A DNA stretch of 64,000 bases from Callorhinchus milii (taxonomy: Eukaryota). Each line of letters starts with the position of its first letter. The stretch's first letter is position 1. The stretch is from contig NW_024704742.1 of the NCBI RefSeq assembly GCF_018977255.1, positions 127,536,001-127,600,000 of the forward strand. The letters are read 5' to 3'. The notes beneath the pieces are model-generated. The model was not told the origin of the DNA and made no database searches. It saw only the letters and a program-made list of their open reading frames with translations. Below, piece after piece: positions 13,214-25,849 of the stretch. Both the position numbers and the translations under genes were made by a program.

Positions 13214-13899
13214 CTGTGGTTATCGAAGCCAATTGGAGGTTTCCCTGTAAGTACCAGCAGTATACAGGCATGTTGGCTCATGATGTGTACAATGCAAAAC
13301 ATTAGTCAGTACTTTGTACTTCATTCTGTTTCCTATACTCTTTGGTTTCCTTCCATCTTCAGTATTTATATTTGATTCTTTTTGGCAAACAACTAATTGC
13401 TTTGCACACAACAATGTCCCACCAACAACGTCCCACCAACAACTATGAAGTAGATAACCAATTAATCTTGAGGATTCGTAGCTAGAATACTAGGAGAAAC
13501 TCCCTTCTCCATTTGAATAGTGTCATCATGAGATCTTTAATGCAGTATCACATAGAAACAGAGTTAGGGTATTCCACCCATGGAGCCCAGTAGATCAGAG
13601 GTGAGAGTGCTACCAATTGAACCTGGCTGGCACTAGATCCTAATGAGTATGAGCTACAGTTTGTTGATGTATTCGCTATCCTCCTCTTGGTCCCACTACT
13701 GACATCCAGTCAGAAATACCTTGACTAACCCTCATATAAACCTTATTGACATAATGACTCCTAAGATATTCTTGTTGTATGCATTTTTTAAAAGTTATCC
13801 ACACATTATTTTACATTAGATTATATATATTATATATTCCAAACATTTTAACTTATCTGTTTTAATTCCATACTTCAAACTTTCATAGATTCAACTCCT

Positions 13900-14060
13900 C
13901 TCTTGTTTTAACTTGTTCCCAATGAATAAGGTCCAAGATTTAAATATGTCTTCCTGTAATTTGTTCACTATAAAGGTGCAAAATTTCCTAAATCCCACAG
14001 TTCATAACTACAGTATTCATTCAAATCCAGTTTTTACAATTCATTTTGCTTTGTGTACTG
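13900..14060 (+). pseudogene. LRR relic
   Basis: NKVQDLNMSSCNLFTIKVQNF..YSIHSNPVFTI, two consecutive LRR-spaced units. Confidence 0.55.
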
Positions 14061-14380
14061 GGTGCTGTACATATATAGGAACAGAATTAGGTCATTCAAT
14101 TCATGGAACCCGATAGACCACTTTATTAGATCATGGCAATTTTTTAAATATACTGTAGTTTTAATCCTATTTCCCTACTCTTCCTCCATAATCCCTCAAT
14201 ACTTTTATTTCCTGATTATCCATCTATCTATCTTCTTTTGAACACTTCAATTGATTCTGCATTGATGGCTATAGGTTAATGTTGAATCCTTGTAGCGATT
14301 TGTCAAACGCTGCTTTTTTTCTTCCCACCCATTCCATGCCTGTGCTTCAGATCAATGGTTGTGAAGCAGTTTCATTCATC

Positions 14381-14640
14381 TTAAGGAAGTTGGGATTGCT
14401 CTATCTCTTGATGGAGTTCACTTAGATGTGTCTCACTGGAAGAGAGATTCAATGCAAATGACATTGTTCCAAAACTATCATAAAGAATAGGCAGAAGGGG
14501 AAAAATGACCCGTCGGATGAATAACGTTTCCAAATACTCCAATGGGATCTTTTCCTGATTGAAGTTTAACTCTGAAATCCACAAAACAAGTAATTTGTTG
14601 TTCATTCGTGTTATCTAGAATTAATGACACTGAACTGATA
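14381..14640 (-). pseudogene. LRR relic
   Basis: NNKLLVL, LEYLETLFIR, DSFGTMSFALNLS. Confidence 0.35.
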
Positions 14641-14644
14641 GAAC

Positions 14645-15650
14645 AACAAATAAATTACATTTGTATAGCACCTTTCAAATCAGGAGGAAGTCCCAAGGCA
14701 CCAGAGCTGGGGTTTGGATTTGGGAGGGGTGAGGGTCAAGGGGGCTGGGGGTATGATGACTGAAGGCACGGTCAAAGAGGAAGGTCTTGAGGCAGACCTT
14801 GAAGGAGGTGACGGAAAGGAGGTGAGGCAAAGAGACTCTGGGATGGAGTTTCAAAGTATGGGGGCAGGAAGACTCAAAGCTCAACTGCTGATAGTGGTTG
14901 ACAAATTGCTACAAGGGTGGGACATGAAGCAGGCCAGTGCCTGGGAAGTGGAGGGAGCGAGCAAGTTAATAGGGTTTTAGAACGTCACAGAGGTAGGGTG
15001 GGATAAGACCATGGAAAGGCATAAATGTGAGGATGAGGGTCTTGAACTCAATTCTGTGTGGGATGGGGAGCCAGTGGAACTTGGCAAGAATGGGGGTAAT
15101 AGGCTCATGGAGCTTGATGCAAGAGAGGACCCAAGCTGCAGAGTTCTGAATGCTCTGTAGCTTGTGGAGGGAAGAATTTGGATGTCTGGCAAGCAGACAG
15201 TTGGTGTAGTCAGGACTGGATGTGATAAAAGCTTGGATAAGTGTCTTGTCAGTCTGAAGGGAGAGGTAGTGGTAGTGGCGGGCATTGTTTTGAAGAGGTG
15301 GGGGAAACCTAAAAAGGTCAAGCACGGATGTGGGGTTTAAAGAAGAGTTGAACAAGATACAACATTCAACACTGCCTCCATGAGGTGGAGTGTGCATTTT
15401 GTAAACTGATGCTGTCAGTGCCTGAGGTGAGAAAGCGCTGATGGAAGCCAAGCAGGAGAAGCCTCTGTCTTGTCGACATTCAACTGGAGAAAATGAGCAC
15501 TCATTCACGATTTGATATCCAACAAACAATCGTTCAGAACAGCCATTGTCCTGAAATTGAGGGTGGAATCAGAGAGATAAAGTTGATGTCAACCCCATGG
15601 CTGCGGATGACATTGCCGAGCAGGAGCATGTAGATATTAAAGAGGAGAGG
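14645..15650 (-). mobile_element. L2 LINE
   Basis: TLIQAFITSSPDYTNCLL..KLQSIQNSAA..HWLPIPHRIEFK; FKVCLKTFLFDRAF. Confidence 0.93.
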
Positions 15651-15939
15651 ACCGTGAATACAGCTAATGTATACCTGGATGTTCAGAAGTCATTTGTTAC
15701 GGTTTCACATAAGCGATTGGATGAGAAAATTAAGCCACATGTTAAACATCTTTGGTGGCTAGGGATGGTAACTTCTCTTCTTTAGGTCCTGAACAAAAAG
15801 GGCAAGTAAAGGTAAATTCACTTTCTCAGATTGGCCAGATATATGTGTGACATGCACCAGGAAACTGTGCTGGGATATCTGTAGTTTTCCACTTGTGTTA
15901 AAGGGAAATTTCTAAGTTTTCTTTTGAATCCAGATCAGG

Positions 15940-16530
15940 GAAGTGAGGTCTCCTTGCAGTTGAATTGGCTGTTTGGCAACAGAATATTGGAATCAAGCAG
16001 CCCTCTGTGGCGGTCTCGGTAGTACGGTTCCTGAGCCAAGTGGGTCCACAGTACTCCAGAGCACTGCTGATGACAGCACAGACAGCTTGGCTCATTGGCA
16101 GAACTTGGAAGGGCAGAGTTGTCACTGGAGGCAAGGAATCATCCCACTCAGCTCCTGCAAGCCAAACCCCAAACAGATAAGGTGGTCCTAGCTGGACAAG
16201 CAGTGGGAGAGCTTGCCAGACAGCGATACTGATGGCAAGCTATGCAGTTTTAGCTGGTTAGACTCCAGCAGTACTTCAACACCACTCTGGGGTCCCCAAG
16301 CCTTGGCTCTTACCAACATGCAACTAAAACTTTCTGGAATTAGGTAAGCAGGATGCCTCCCCCCCCTCCCCCATCCCGGGAGAGAGTGCGCATTCCATTC
16401 CAACAATTTTTTCAATTTCCATGTGTAAGTGGGATGCATGGAATTCTCAGCTTGGTTTGGATACTCTTAAGTATGGTGATGGGTGTCTGCATATATCAGA
16501 CACCTGGCTGACACCCTCAAAAAAGATCAG
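15940..16530 (+). repeat. Unclassified interspersed repeat, copy 1
   Basis: acaagcagtgggagagcttgccagacag and ttggtttggatactcttaagtatggtgatggg recur at 31870-32760 (mostly inverted) and 61530-61600. Confidence 0.75.
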
Positions 16531-16649
16531 GGGTACAAGGTAAAATGTAGGAAAAATTTAAGAAACTTTAGGATGGTAAAGACAATTTAACATCGATTTT
16601 TAAAAGTGTGAGTATAGATAGAGAAGTTCATAATAATTTGGGTTCCTTA

Positions 16650-17270
16650 TATAGGCTCACAGAAATGATATCAAATGGGTACAAGACACAAGTTTGTCAC
16701 AGTTACAGTACCTTGAGCAGTTTTACCTTCAATATTAATTTGATAAAACAATCTTTCTAAATCTCATTTCAAAACTTTGCTGGCAGACTAATTATTACTT
16801 TCCAAGTTTGTTCAATATGTGGCACACAAAATTGAACATGTGGCACACAGAAGATTTTGAATACTCCTGATTTTTTTTCCCGGAATACAAAAAATGCCTT
16901 CACTATATTAACAAGGCAAATGTTGATGCCATTTAGCTTCAGCAGTGGATCCTTAATGGGTAAAAGTAAAACTCTGTATGATATTGCAGTTACTTTTCAT
17001 AATATTATGAATTGGTTCAGGAGGTTCTCAAAGCAGGAACCAGTAAGTGCACTGCAGGGCTTTAAAAACAGAATGATTTTATTGCAGAACTGCCAGTTCA
17101 GAGCCACACTATTTATAGTCTCAAAACTCCCAAGAACTCTTTTTGTTACTCTATTAAGATGAACACCACCTTGCATGACTGCATGAGATTTTATTTAATT
17201 CAGGGTTTGGAATTTTACATTATTTAGTGACAAGAAATTTAGACATCCTTGCATCTGATAAGCAAGTAAG
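16650..17270 (+). pseudogene. Compact TLR relic: LRR followed within ~250 nt by TIR
   Basis: HRNDIKWVQDTSLSQLQYLEQFYLQY (from 16658). Then LYDIAVTF..NW, LVQEVL, NDFIAELPVQSHTIYS (from 17072), PRTLFV, LFSDK/NLDIL. Confidence 0.7.
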
Positions 17271-17544
17271 CCAACAGCAATTTAATTATCCACCTGGAAT
17301 AACATAGATTAAGGTGACAATTAACCAAATGATTCTGTAACTGATGTGAGGAAACAGACAGTTTTTACTAGACCAACTTTGAATATTTTTCACTACCGCA
17401 GTGGACAATGCATCAGGACACATAATTCATTGCACTCGCTAGTCAGGGGATGAATTACAGATGTGTAAGTATTACCAGATTGGTTTAGGGCCATATGTGC
17501 ACATACAAGGCCAAATCCCTGAGGGTACTATACACATATGTAAT

Positions 17545-18060
17545 TCATCTCCCTGTTATTTTGTGTGTTTTTGTTCCTTCTCACTTTCATCATAAAAAAT
17601 TGATGATGAATTGCATTGCATTTGGATAAGTTGATTGGACAGGAGACAATGTTATCTCTAAATTTATTTTACAAAACAGCAAATCATGTCACCGACACCC
17701 TCACAACATAGGACAGTCAGACATACAGAATAGGGATTCGGGAGTCAGAACTTACAATTTCCAGAGTTTTAATTTTTAGGAAGAAATTAGACAAATGACC
17801 TATATATTACAAGACAATGACGGATGGTCTAATTTACAATATTCGCAAACCAACTTCTGCTTTATGGCTTCCGGTTTGAGAGATTCATCTGTGGTGAATT
17901 GCCAATTCCAAGTTAGCAAAGTCCAAGAAAAAGGCCAGTGGGAAAAGTAGTGATAAAGACTGGCTAGTGTTTTGCTTCCTGGAATGTTTGTTTTGATTTT
18001 GCTTTCTTGGGATATGCAATTTGCAGCTGTTTTTCTGCAAATGTTACAACCCAGAAGTTG
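17545..18060 (+). pseudogene. TM and TIR relic
   Basis: LLFCVFLFLLTFII, NFCF, FERFICGELPI, ASWNVCFDFAF. Confidence 0.4.
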
Positions 18061-18092
18061 CATTTATTGCAAACTAGCTGTACCTGTTGCAG

Positions 18093-18640
18093 TTATGCTT
18101 GCAACCAAAGGATCCAATATAGAATGCAGATTTTAGTCATTTTCTTTGTCGCTACTTTGTTGCAGAATATATTAGTATAGATGTGTCTCTCTAGAAGTGT
18201 GTATGATTTCCTCTGCTGCTCCTTCGTTGCAGAATACGATGCATACCTCATATTTTGGGGCTTAATTAAAATATTATATAAATATAGCTCATCAACGATA
18301 GGAAATCCCTGAAACAAATACATGCCCATGACACTCCCCCATGCAAGACCTTTCTGATGAGGTATAAATCATGTCTCTATGTCAATCGGTTATTGCATTC
18401 CTGGCTGACAGACACACACGCGGACATTTTGTTGTATTAGTATAGAGTAGGGGCTATCACAAGTTGAACCTGAATAATATCCTATTAGAAAAAAAATTGA
18501 AAAACTATTTCAAACTCAGGTGATACATCAATAGGAATATTATACTTTGTTTCTTAAATAGCTTGTACAGTCTTCTCACAATAGTACCATGCAGTTTCTT
18601 AAATGACTCTGAATTGTTCTCTGAATGACTTCATTCTGAA
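18093..18640 (-). pseudogene. LRR relic
   Basis: SESFKKLHGTIVRRL, FNFFSNRI, YLFQGFPIVDELYLYN (ORF 18093..18329). Confidence 0.55.
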
Positions 18641-18644
18641 TTCA

Positions 18645-19540
18645 GCCACCTTTGAGTGGTTCAGATCCAACCTTTCACACCGCCTCCGCTTTGTCTTCAC
18701 AAGCAGCTTCTCCTCCAGCCCCCGCACCATCTCGTTGTCCTCAGGTGTTCCTTGGTCCTCTCCTCTTCAACTTATACATGCTCCCTCTTGGTGACATCAT
18801 CCAAAGACATGGGGTCAACTTCCACATGTATGCGAATGACACTCTATCTCTCTGCTTCCACCATCGACTCCAGGACCTCACTGAGCCACCCGGAACCTTG
18901 GGGTCTTGTTTCACCCTCAACTGTCCTTTCTACCCATCATCCGTGCCATAACCCGATCTGCCTTTCCCACCTCCGCAACATTGTCCGTCTCCGCCACTAC
19001 CTCTCCCTCAGGCTGCCGAAACCCTCATTCACACGAGGCTCCACTACGCCAACCCCCTGCTTGTTGGCCTTCCCATCTTTTCCCTCTTCAAGCTGCAGAT
19101 CATTCAGAACTCTGCAGCTCATGTCCTCTCCCGCACCATGCTCTGTGACGCCAACAACTGCACTCTCGCCCGGCTCCACTGGCTCCCTATCCCCCACAGG
19201 ATAGAGTTCAATATCCTCATCCTCACCTCAAGGCCTTCCATGGCCTTGCCCCTTCCTACCTGTGTGCTCAGCCTGTTCCATATCCCCCGCCCGTCCCATC
19301 ATTGGCGGTCAGGCCTTCAGCCTCTCTGCCCCCACCCTTTGGAACTCCAGTCCACATTCCCTTCTCCTCGCTCCCTCCCTTGCTTCCTTCAAGACACATC
19401 GCAAGACCCTCCTCTTCGATCGCGCCTTCGGCTACTCGCCCTCCTTCCTCAGGTCCTAAATCCCTGACCATCCAGCGCCTTGGGACGTCATCTTGACGTG
19501 AAAGACGCTATACAAATTTAATTTTGTATTTGTATTTTTG
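18645..19540 (+). mobile_element. L2 LINE
   Basis: [46 protein letters not shown], shared L2 tail. Confidence 0.95.
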
Positions 19541-19564
19541 TATTTGAAATACAAAGATTATTAA

Positions 19565-19900
19565 GTGTTAGTTTTGCTTGTCCTTTTACTTTGATGGGCG
19601 TTTTTACATCTTTTATGGTCAACGGATTATTTTCTGAGGTTGGAAGTGGAAATACACAGATCATGCAATATCACAGTATCATGTACTGTTAGGATGGATG
19701 TTGCGTGGCTTTTCTCTAGATTTACTGATTGAGATGTGGAACTTACTTTTTATAGTATCAATTATGGAGCAAACCCTTGAGTTATAATTCAATGCAAACA
19801 GCAATCTGTACATTTATGTAATAGGGCAAATGAATGTAAGTGCATGTTACAAAGTGCCAGGAAAATGTATAGTGATTTCAATTGCAAGATTAACAAAATA
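19565..19900 (+). pseudogene. TM and TIR relic (TLR1/2-like)
   Basis: LVLLVLLL*WAFLHLLW, QYHSIMY, DVAWL, HLCNR, YKVPGKCIVISI (from 19848; compare TLR1/6 FVPGKSIVENI). Confidence 0.6.
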
Positions 19901-19984
19901 ATTTATAAATAACAAATCCTGCTTGTCCCAACTCTTGAATTCCACTCAAACCTCAATCTCAGATTCATCTTCTGGACTCCAACC

Positions 19985-21735
19985 TTGGTGCCCAGCAGGA
20001 GATCGGTATCTGGGCAGAGTTCCAGAAACACTACTTATATATCTAGTTGCAAATCTTGCAATTTTTACATCATTGCCTCAAAGCTCTGTAGAGTATTTTT
20101 ATTGAAATAGTAACGCATAGACAATCTCAGGGCACGAATGCAGTTCAGGTTTAACTATTCTGCTCATATTTTCACATCAGCATTATAAACAAACATATGA
20201 AAATATAATCATATGCATTCTTTCCTCTTCAATGTGCAGATAATTAGGATGTACCACAGCATAAGTCAATTGGAAAAAAAACAAGCAAGAGTGTGAGAAA
20301 GAAGACTGAACGCATCACCATGCAAAATGCATAAAACATTGAAGACTTTGAGCAAGCTAAATTATTCTTTCATAGACGGATTAATAGGAATTTAATACAA
20401 GAATACAGTATATCATGTTTCAATGATTTAATAGGCTTCCCAATTATTACAAAGACTTTTCACCAGACACACAGCTGGAGGCCAAACAGTGGGAGAGAAT
20501 AAAACATCTGCGTATTTAAACTGTCGCCAAAACCCGCTGAATTTGATCTTGAATGACTACAAATCTTTGGAATGTAAGTGTACTTTCTTTGGACCCACCC
20601 AGAAATCTATTGAGAATTCCATATGGAACCACTAAACGGTATTATACAGGATTTCCTATAAACAAAATTACAGTCAAAGACATTTTTGGACGTTGACCAA
20701 TCTTTACAAAGAATAACCTTTTTGTTTCAAACACACTCTGGCTTCATTTGTGGCATCAATAAATGTAAGGCTCTTAACAAGAGCAACCTTAATCATTCTA
20801 TGCAGTCAACCCATAGCGTATAAATATTTCCAGTACTTCAAAAGTATTAATTAGAAACACATGGGAGTGGTACAATTTCTTGGCCTCAACTTATGGTTGT
20901 AATTTAATGTTATACCCAAACTATAAACATTGCCTGTAACGAGTGGACACAATTTTACAATCACATACATCAAAAAGATAACTGGGCTTTAGCCTGCTCA
21001 CACTGAATCTGAATAATACATGGTTCAAACTGATACAAAAGGAGAAAAACACAACTGCACCCTAGACCTATGCACTATAAAACACCTGCATTTCCCTAAC
21101 TCTCTCCGACTATGAGGATAGTAAATAATAATAATACTTGCATTTTTATTTACTAATTTATAACATTGAAATCTCAAGGAGTTTCATATGCAATCAGTGT
21201 CCGATACAGTTACCGTGTGTGTAGGCAAACATGGCAGCTAATGTCCCACAAACTGTCATGAAGTGAAAGCTTAGTTTACATGGTGGAATGTTGGCCAGGA
21301 CAGCTCTCTTTATTTATTTTCAAATAGTATCGTGGGATCTTTAACGTCTATCTAAAAGAGGTTCTCCATTTAACATCTCAAGTGAAGGACAGCGCCTCTG
21401 ATAATGCCTCTAAGATTGCACTGAATTGTCAGTTGAGCTTGTGAACTCAAAATCCTACTGTGGTGGTTGGATCCACATTAGGAACAAGCTGATTTCTTGG
21501 TGAAGGTACAAAGGTACAACAAAGTTCCAGCTGAAGTTCTGTAGAAACTAAAACCACTTCTGCTGCAGGGAGCATAAATCCTACTCCAGAATTAGCTACC
21601 GCAAAATTCTCTTAGCTTCTGAAACAAGAATAGACTAGATGACCATACTGTCAATCCAGACACAGAATGGCACTGGAACCTCTGATCACAGAACAACAAA
21701 CCAAACACTTAGGAAATTCTCTATGAATCCATAAT
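19985..21735 (+). pseudogene. LRRNT and multi-LRR relic, split by an old SINE (~21125-21470)
   Basis: CPAGDRYLGRVPETL, FTSLPQSSVEYFY, NRNLIQEYSISCFNDL, YLNCRQNPL, KTFLDVDQSLQRI, LLTLNLNNTWFKLI, KVPAEVL*KLKPL. Confidence 0.6.
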
Positions 21736-21737
21736 GT

Positions 21738-22045
21738 GGAGTCCTGTAGCATAGTAGTTAGTGCACTCGCCTTGCAAGCGAGAGGACTCGGGTTCGATTC
21801 CCAGGTAGGGAAAATCTTAGGCAAGTTTGCCATACTCCACACGCCTCTATTTACCTCGCAGTAAGTAGGAACTTGATTGTTAGCTGATTGGTGAATTGCT
21901 TTCAGGGGGTAATAAGCCATGAAAAAAAAATGTGATTACTCAATCGGCGACTGTTTGTGGGACACTGCTGCGTGCAATTGGCTGCCAAGTTTCGCTAACA
22001 AAATACACAATCAATCTACTTTACAATACATTCTGTGAAGCCCTT
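21738..22045 (+). mobile_element. tRNA/Deu SINE, long form
   Basis: ggagtcctgtagcatagtagttagtgcactcgccttgcaagcgag head. Confidence 0.9.
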
Positions 22046-22945
22046 TAATACGTGATACTCTTTAGCATGGTGATGGGTTTCCACATTTCACATATCAAAT
22101 TGTACATTTTAAGCAGGACATAAACAGTGTATATCTTATGGCTCACAATATGCAGTTTATACAACTGTTTTTGCAGGTCAGCAGCAAAGAAGTTGGAGCT
22201 GCAGCAACAGGATGGTGCTGAAAAGTTCAATCAAGGGACATCTATTGCAGAAGCATAATCTGTAGTAATGATTGATTACCAATACCTGTTTTAGGCACTT
22301 GGCAAGGATCCCAACATCTTGGTTGCCTGAATAATGTACTCATAATTGTTCCTTGTCCAGGAGCTCTGGTTCTTATTTTTCAATCAGAACGCCAGTTGTT
22401 ACCTAACACTGCCCAGGAGATGTCACAGAAATGTGGAGGAAGAGCATGACTGAATCTAGTCTTTCTTGACGCTCCCTCTTCCGTTCTTCCTTCAACCATG
22501 TCTATGAATCTGTTTCTCATTGAATTCAGCATTTATTTACTCCAGATATTCAAATTGTGCTTATTGAAATATTTGTTGAGGCTTGCCTTCTCATCGTCTA
22601 CATTGAGAATGCACAGCTTTGAATCTGTCAAAAACTAATAGTCACATTGAAGAATTTAACATGTTATGTCCACTTGTGATGCTAAGCTTACAATTACAGT
22701 CCCAAACCCCTTTACTCTAGCACCATCAATTTACCAGAATTGAGACCCAGTAGTATTATAACCCCCTCTGATGGATATGCTGCATAATTCTATAAAACAC
22801 TGTCCCGAGAAACAGCCCTTTTCTACAAAGACACCATCAAACTCATGTTCAACACAGATACATTCTCAACCATGTGGAGAGACAGTTACCTTGCAATCAT
22901 TCCCAATAAAGGCAAACAAGCACTGAATTGCCTACAGTCTTATAT

Positions 22946-23261
22946 TAATAATAATCCTTGCATTTGATGTAATGCTTTTTCACATCTTCTCGACTCTCAA
23001 AGCACTTCACAGAATATACTGTAAAGTGAATTGATCATATATTTGTGGGTGAAACGCGGCAGCCAAATGCGCAAAGCAGTGTCCCACAAACAGTCGTGGA
23101 TTGAAAATGACCAATTTATTATTGTTTTGTTTTTTGGAGGGATTATTATTCAGCATGTGGAGTAAGGAAACTTGCCCAAGGAAACTTTCGCCCTGCTGGA
23201 ATTGAACACAGGTGTCCCGCTTGCAAGGCGAGTGCTCTAACCACTGAGCTACAGGACTCCA
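22946..23261 (-). mobile_element. tRNA/Deu SINE, short form
   Basis: Lacks the internal cctctgtttacctagcagtaag..gattgg block. Confidence 0.92.
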
Positions 23262-23839
23262 CAAATACTGGTCAAAATACTAGTATCATATTCAGCAGCC
23301 TGATCCCTAACCTCGCATAGAGACTAGACAGACTTTAAGTGTGAGAGTTGCCTCAACATTTGCCCATTACAAGAACCGTCCCTTTTCCCATCCTTGAGTG
23401 TGTAAGAATAATTTGAGAGAGTGGAATGGAATGAGTTGAAAAGTGTGCTGAAGGGAAAGGGTTTCTGATCAGATTTATCTTACACTTCAACTCACATCCA
23501 GAAATGGCATAATATACCCAACCTTCAATCTCTTACTAATGGTGCTTATTATCTGCTCTCTCTTGACCCTAGACATAAAGCTGCTCACATAGAAATCTGC
23601 ACCAACCTATAAATATATACATGTATGTATATATAACATGACATCTCACAGCATGTACACAATAGCCTCCTCCTCACCTCATACAACTTCAAACTCATGC
23701 TTGTCAGCTGTCAGTTAACCAACGTTCGATTTTCATCAGTAATAGGTGAACTCTTTATCTCTATGGTGAAATATGGGGGGGAAAGAAATCAGAGCAGGAA
23801 TAAGAAAATACATTTCCAGGGTTTACCTGATGCTGCTGC

Positions 23840-24060
23840 AAGTGGCTAGCTGAAGCATGAGAAGTGGAAAGTCTCCAAGCTGCTTCTCAGTCTGTGCAGA
23901 GTTAGCTGACCTTAGCTGGGGTAACAGCAGGAGTATTGCAATTAGCCTTGCTGCCCTGGTTGACAGAGGAGATAATAAGTCAGCCAGGGATCTAATTTCT
24001 GATTGAGATCTACCAATGACTACTAGATGTGGGCCAGTGTGGGGACACTGGGTGAACAAA
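23840..24060 (+). mobile_element. Ancient vertebrate SINE fragment (LF-SINE/LmeSINE-like)
   Basis: tctgtgcagagttagctgaccttagctgggg..attagccttgctgccctgg..tcagccaggg resembles the remembered consensus; family name uncertain. Confidence 0.5.
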
Positions 24061-24409
24061 TAATGAAACCAGACCCTCTGGCTCCCTCAATCCCTCGGCT
24101 CATGGGCTTCTCTCTAATTGCAGCCAGGCGCTGCATGTGACTGAATTGGCAGCAGAAATCCCGCCCTCCAGCATGGATTTAGGCACAAAGAAAAACAGCC
24201 CAGGGTGAAAAGATTATGTACTCATTGAGTAAATCGGTGGAAATGATTGAACATCTGGACCCCCTGTTCCTAATCGATTGCCAATGGTGGGTCTGTATGT
24301 TGGAAGCATTCCCTGCATTGCTTTAATGCAATGTTAGAGACATGTTTGACCTCACTCAAATTGTGGTAATTATAGATTATGGTCCTACATTGGAAAAATG
24401 ACACACACT

Positions 24410-24793
24410 GTCTTGACGATATGATTGCTGTGTTTAAGATTCTAAAGGCTAGACAATGTAAATCATGACAGGCTGTTTCAACCAGTCCAGAATAGTAAAA
24501 CCAGAGGACACAGCCTGAGAATGAAGGGGGTAAATTCAGAACAAATCTACGGAAACACTATTTCAGTGAGCGAACAATAAACCTGTGGAACAGGCTCCCT
24601 CGGGAGACTGCTGAAGTAGGAAATGTTGATTCCTTCAAACATAGATTAGGTAATTTTCTTTTAGGAAATAACGTTATGGGGTAGTACATAGGTAGTTTGG
24701 GACATATGTGCACGTGACCACCAGGAAGGTGGAAGGCAAACTAAATGGACCTTGTTTTTTTTTGTCTAGCATTTTTTATGTTCTTATGTTCTT
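24410..24793 (+). mobile_element. CR1-type LINE 3' end
   Basis: DMIAVFKILK..TRGHSL..YFSER..NLWNRLP; (ttcttatg)n tail; paralog at 46015-46472. Confidence 0.85.
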
Positions 24794-25849
24794 ATGGTAG
24801 ACAAAATCAGCAGTGGAGCCTGTCACCTGCATCATCTCGTTTTACCAGTCCCCAAAATGTCTGCAAGCCACTTTGCAAGATTAATTCTTTGTCAATCTTT
24901 GTCTTTCTGCAACAATATGTACCACACCTTATATATGTACACTGTATGAATATAGTGATAAGCGACGTGAAAAGCGCTATATCAAATGCAAGGATTATAT
25001 AAATTATATGGAGGCCTGATACTCAGGTTTTGCTAACATTATAGCAATTTTTACATTGTGACCTTTTGAACATACAGAGCAGCCCTGTTTGGGATCCATA
25101 GAATCCTAACCCTCATTATAGTGAAACGCAATAGCATATTTGACAGCACGTGTACCCAGCTGGCCAGCACGTGGGTAGTGCACTGTCTGCTTTCCCTATT
25201 AAGAGAAAAAATGGCTGGCGTCAATGGGTCATCGCAACATCATTTTCTGTTTTCCTCACGTACACCACGTGGAGATTGGCTTTGGTGGAGAGCTGATGTC
25301 CTGAAAATCAATTTGTGTTTGAGCTGGAAGCTCAAATAGCCTACTTCTTGGTCATTAGGTTGTTGATGGTGTCACTTCCTGCTTTGCTCACGTACAGTGA
25401 AGGGGATAGTGACATGGACAGCGACATAATGAACTGTGAGTCTTCAGCTTTAGTGTGAAAAGCTGGCTGGTATGTAGGAAGTGAGCAGATTGGCTACACA
25501 AATGCACAAAAACAGAGGTCACAGTACAACTGCTTTATAAGCAAATTTGTGCTTTGTTGAAGCACATTATAATGGGTCTGCATTGTATAACAAATGATTT
25601 TTTCGTTTAACAACTGGCATGTGATACACACAAATATGTTGTAACCAAAGAACAATTGCAATAAAAACAATACAAATGTTGTGCCATATTTTATTTTTTA
25701 CCCGTGGTAGTTTTTCAGTATCATAGTACTGTGATATTATTAGGGTCAGACTCCGCCACTCCAGGTCATTACCCTGAGTGAAGGGCGCTATATAAATGCA
25801 AGTTGTGGTTGTTGTAACAATTATCACTTCTTATCTGTTATTCAACATC

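Larger units (their letters stand above)
23540..25745 (+). pseudogene. TLR relic with full domain order (signal/LRRNT, LRR, LRRCT, TM, TIR), TE-interrupted
   Basis: LLMVLIICSLLTL and CSHRNLHQ (~23540-23610); IEHLD, CLTSLKLW (~24240-24370); DKISSGACHLHHLVL; FLHCDLL; WVIATSFSVFLTYT; ALLTYSEGDSD, QYNCFIS, LHCITNDF, SFSVS*YC. Confidence 0.5.

Noticed and set aside
22045..22940. Further LRR-like snippets on both strands (TCFRHLARIP, TALNLSKTN, QLYKLHI)
   Set aside because: They probably belong to the array but are individually too short to separate from chance in AT-rich DNA.
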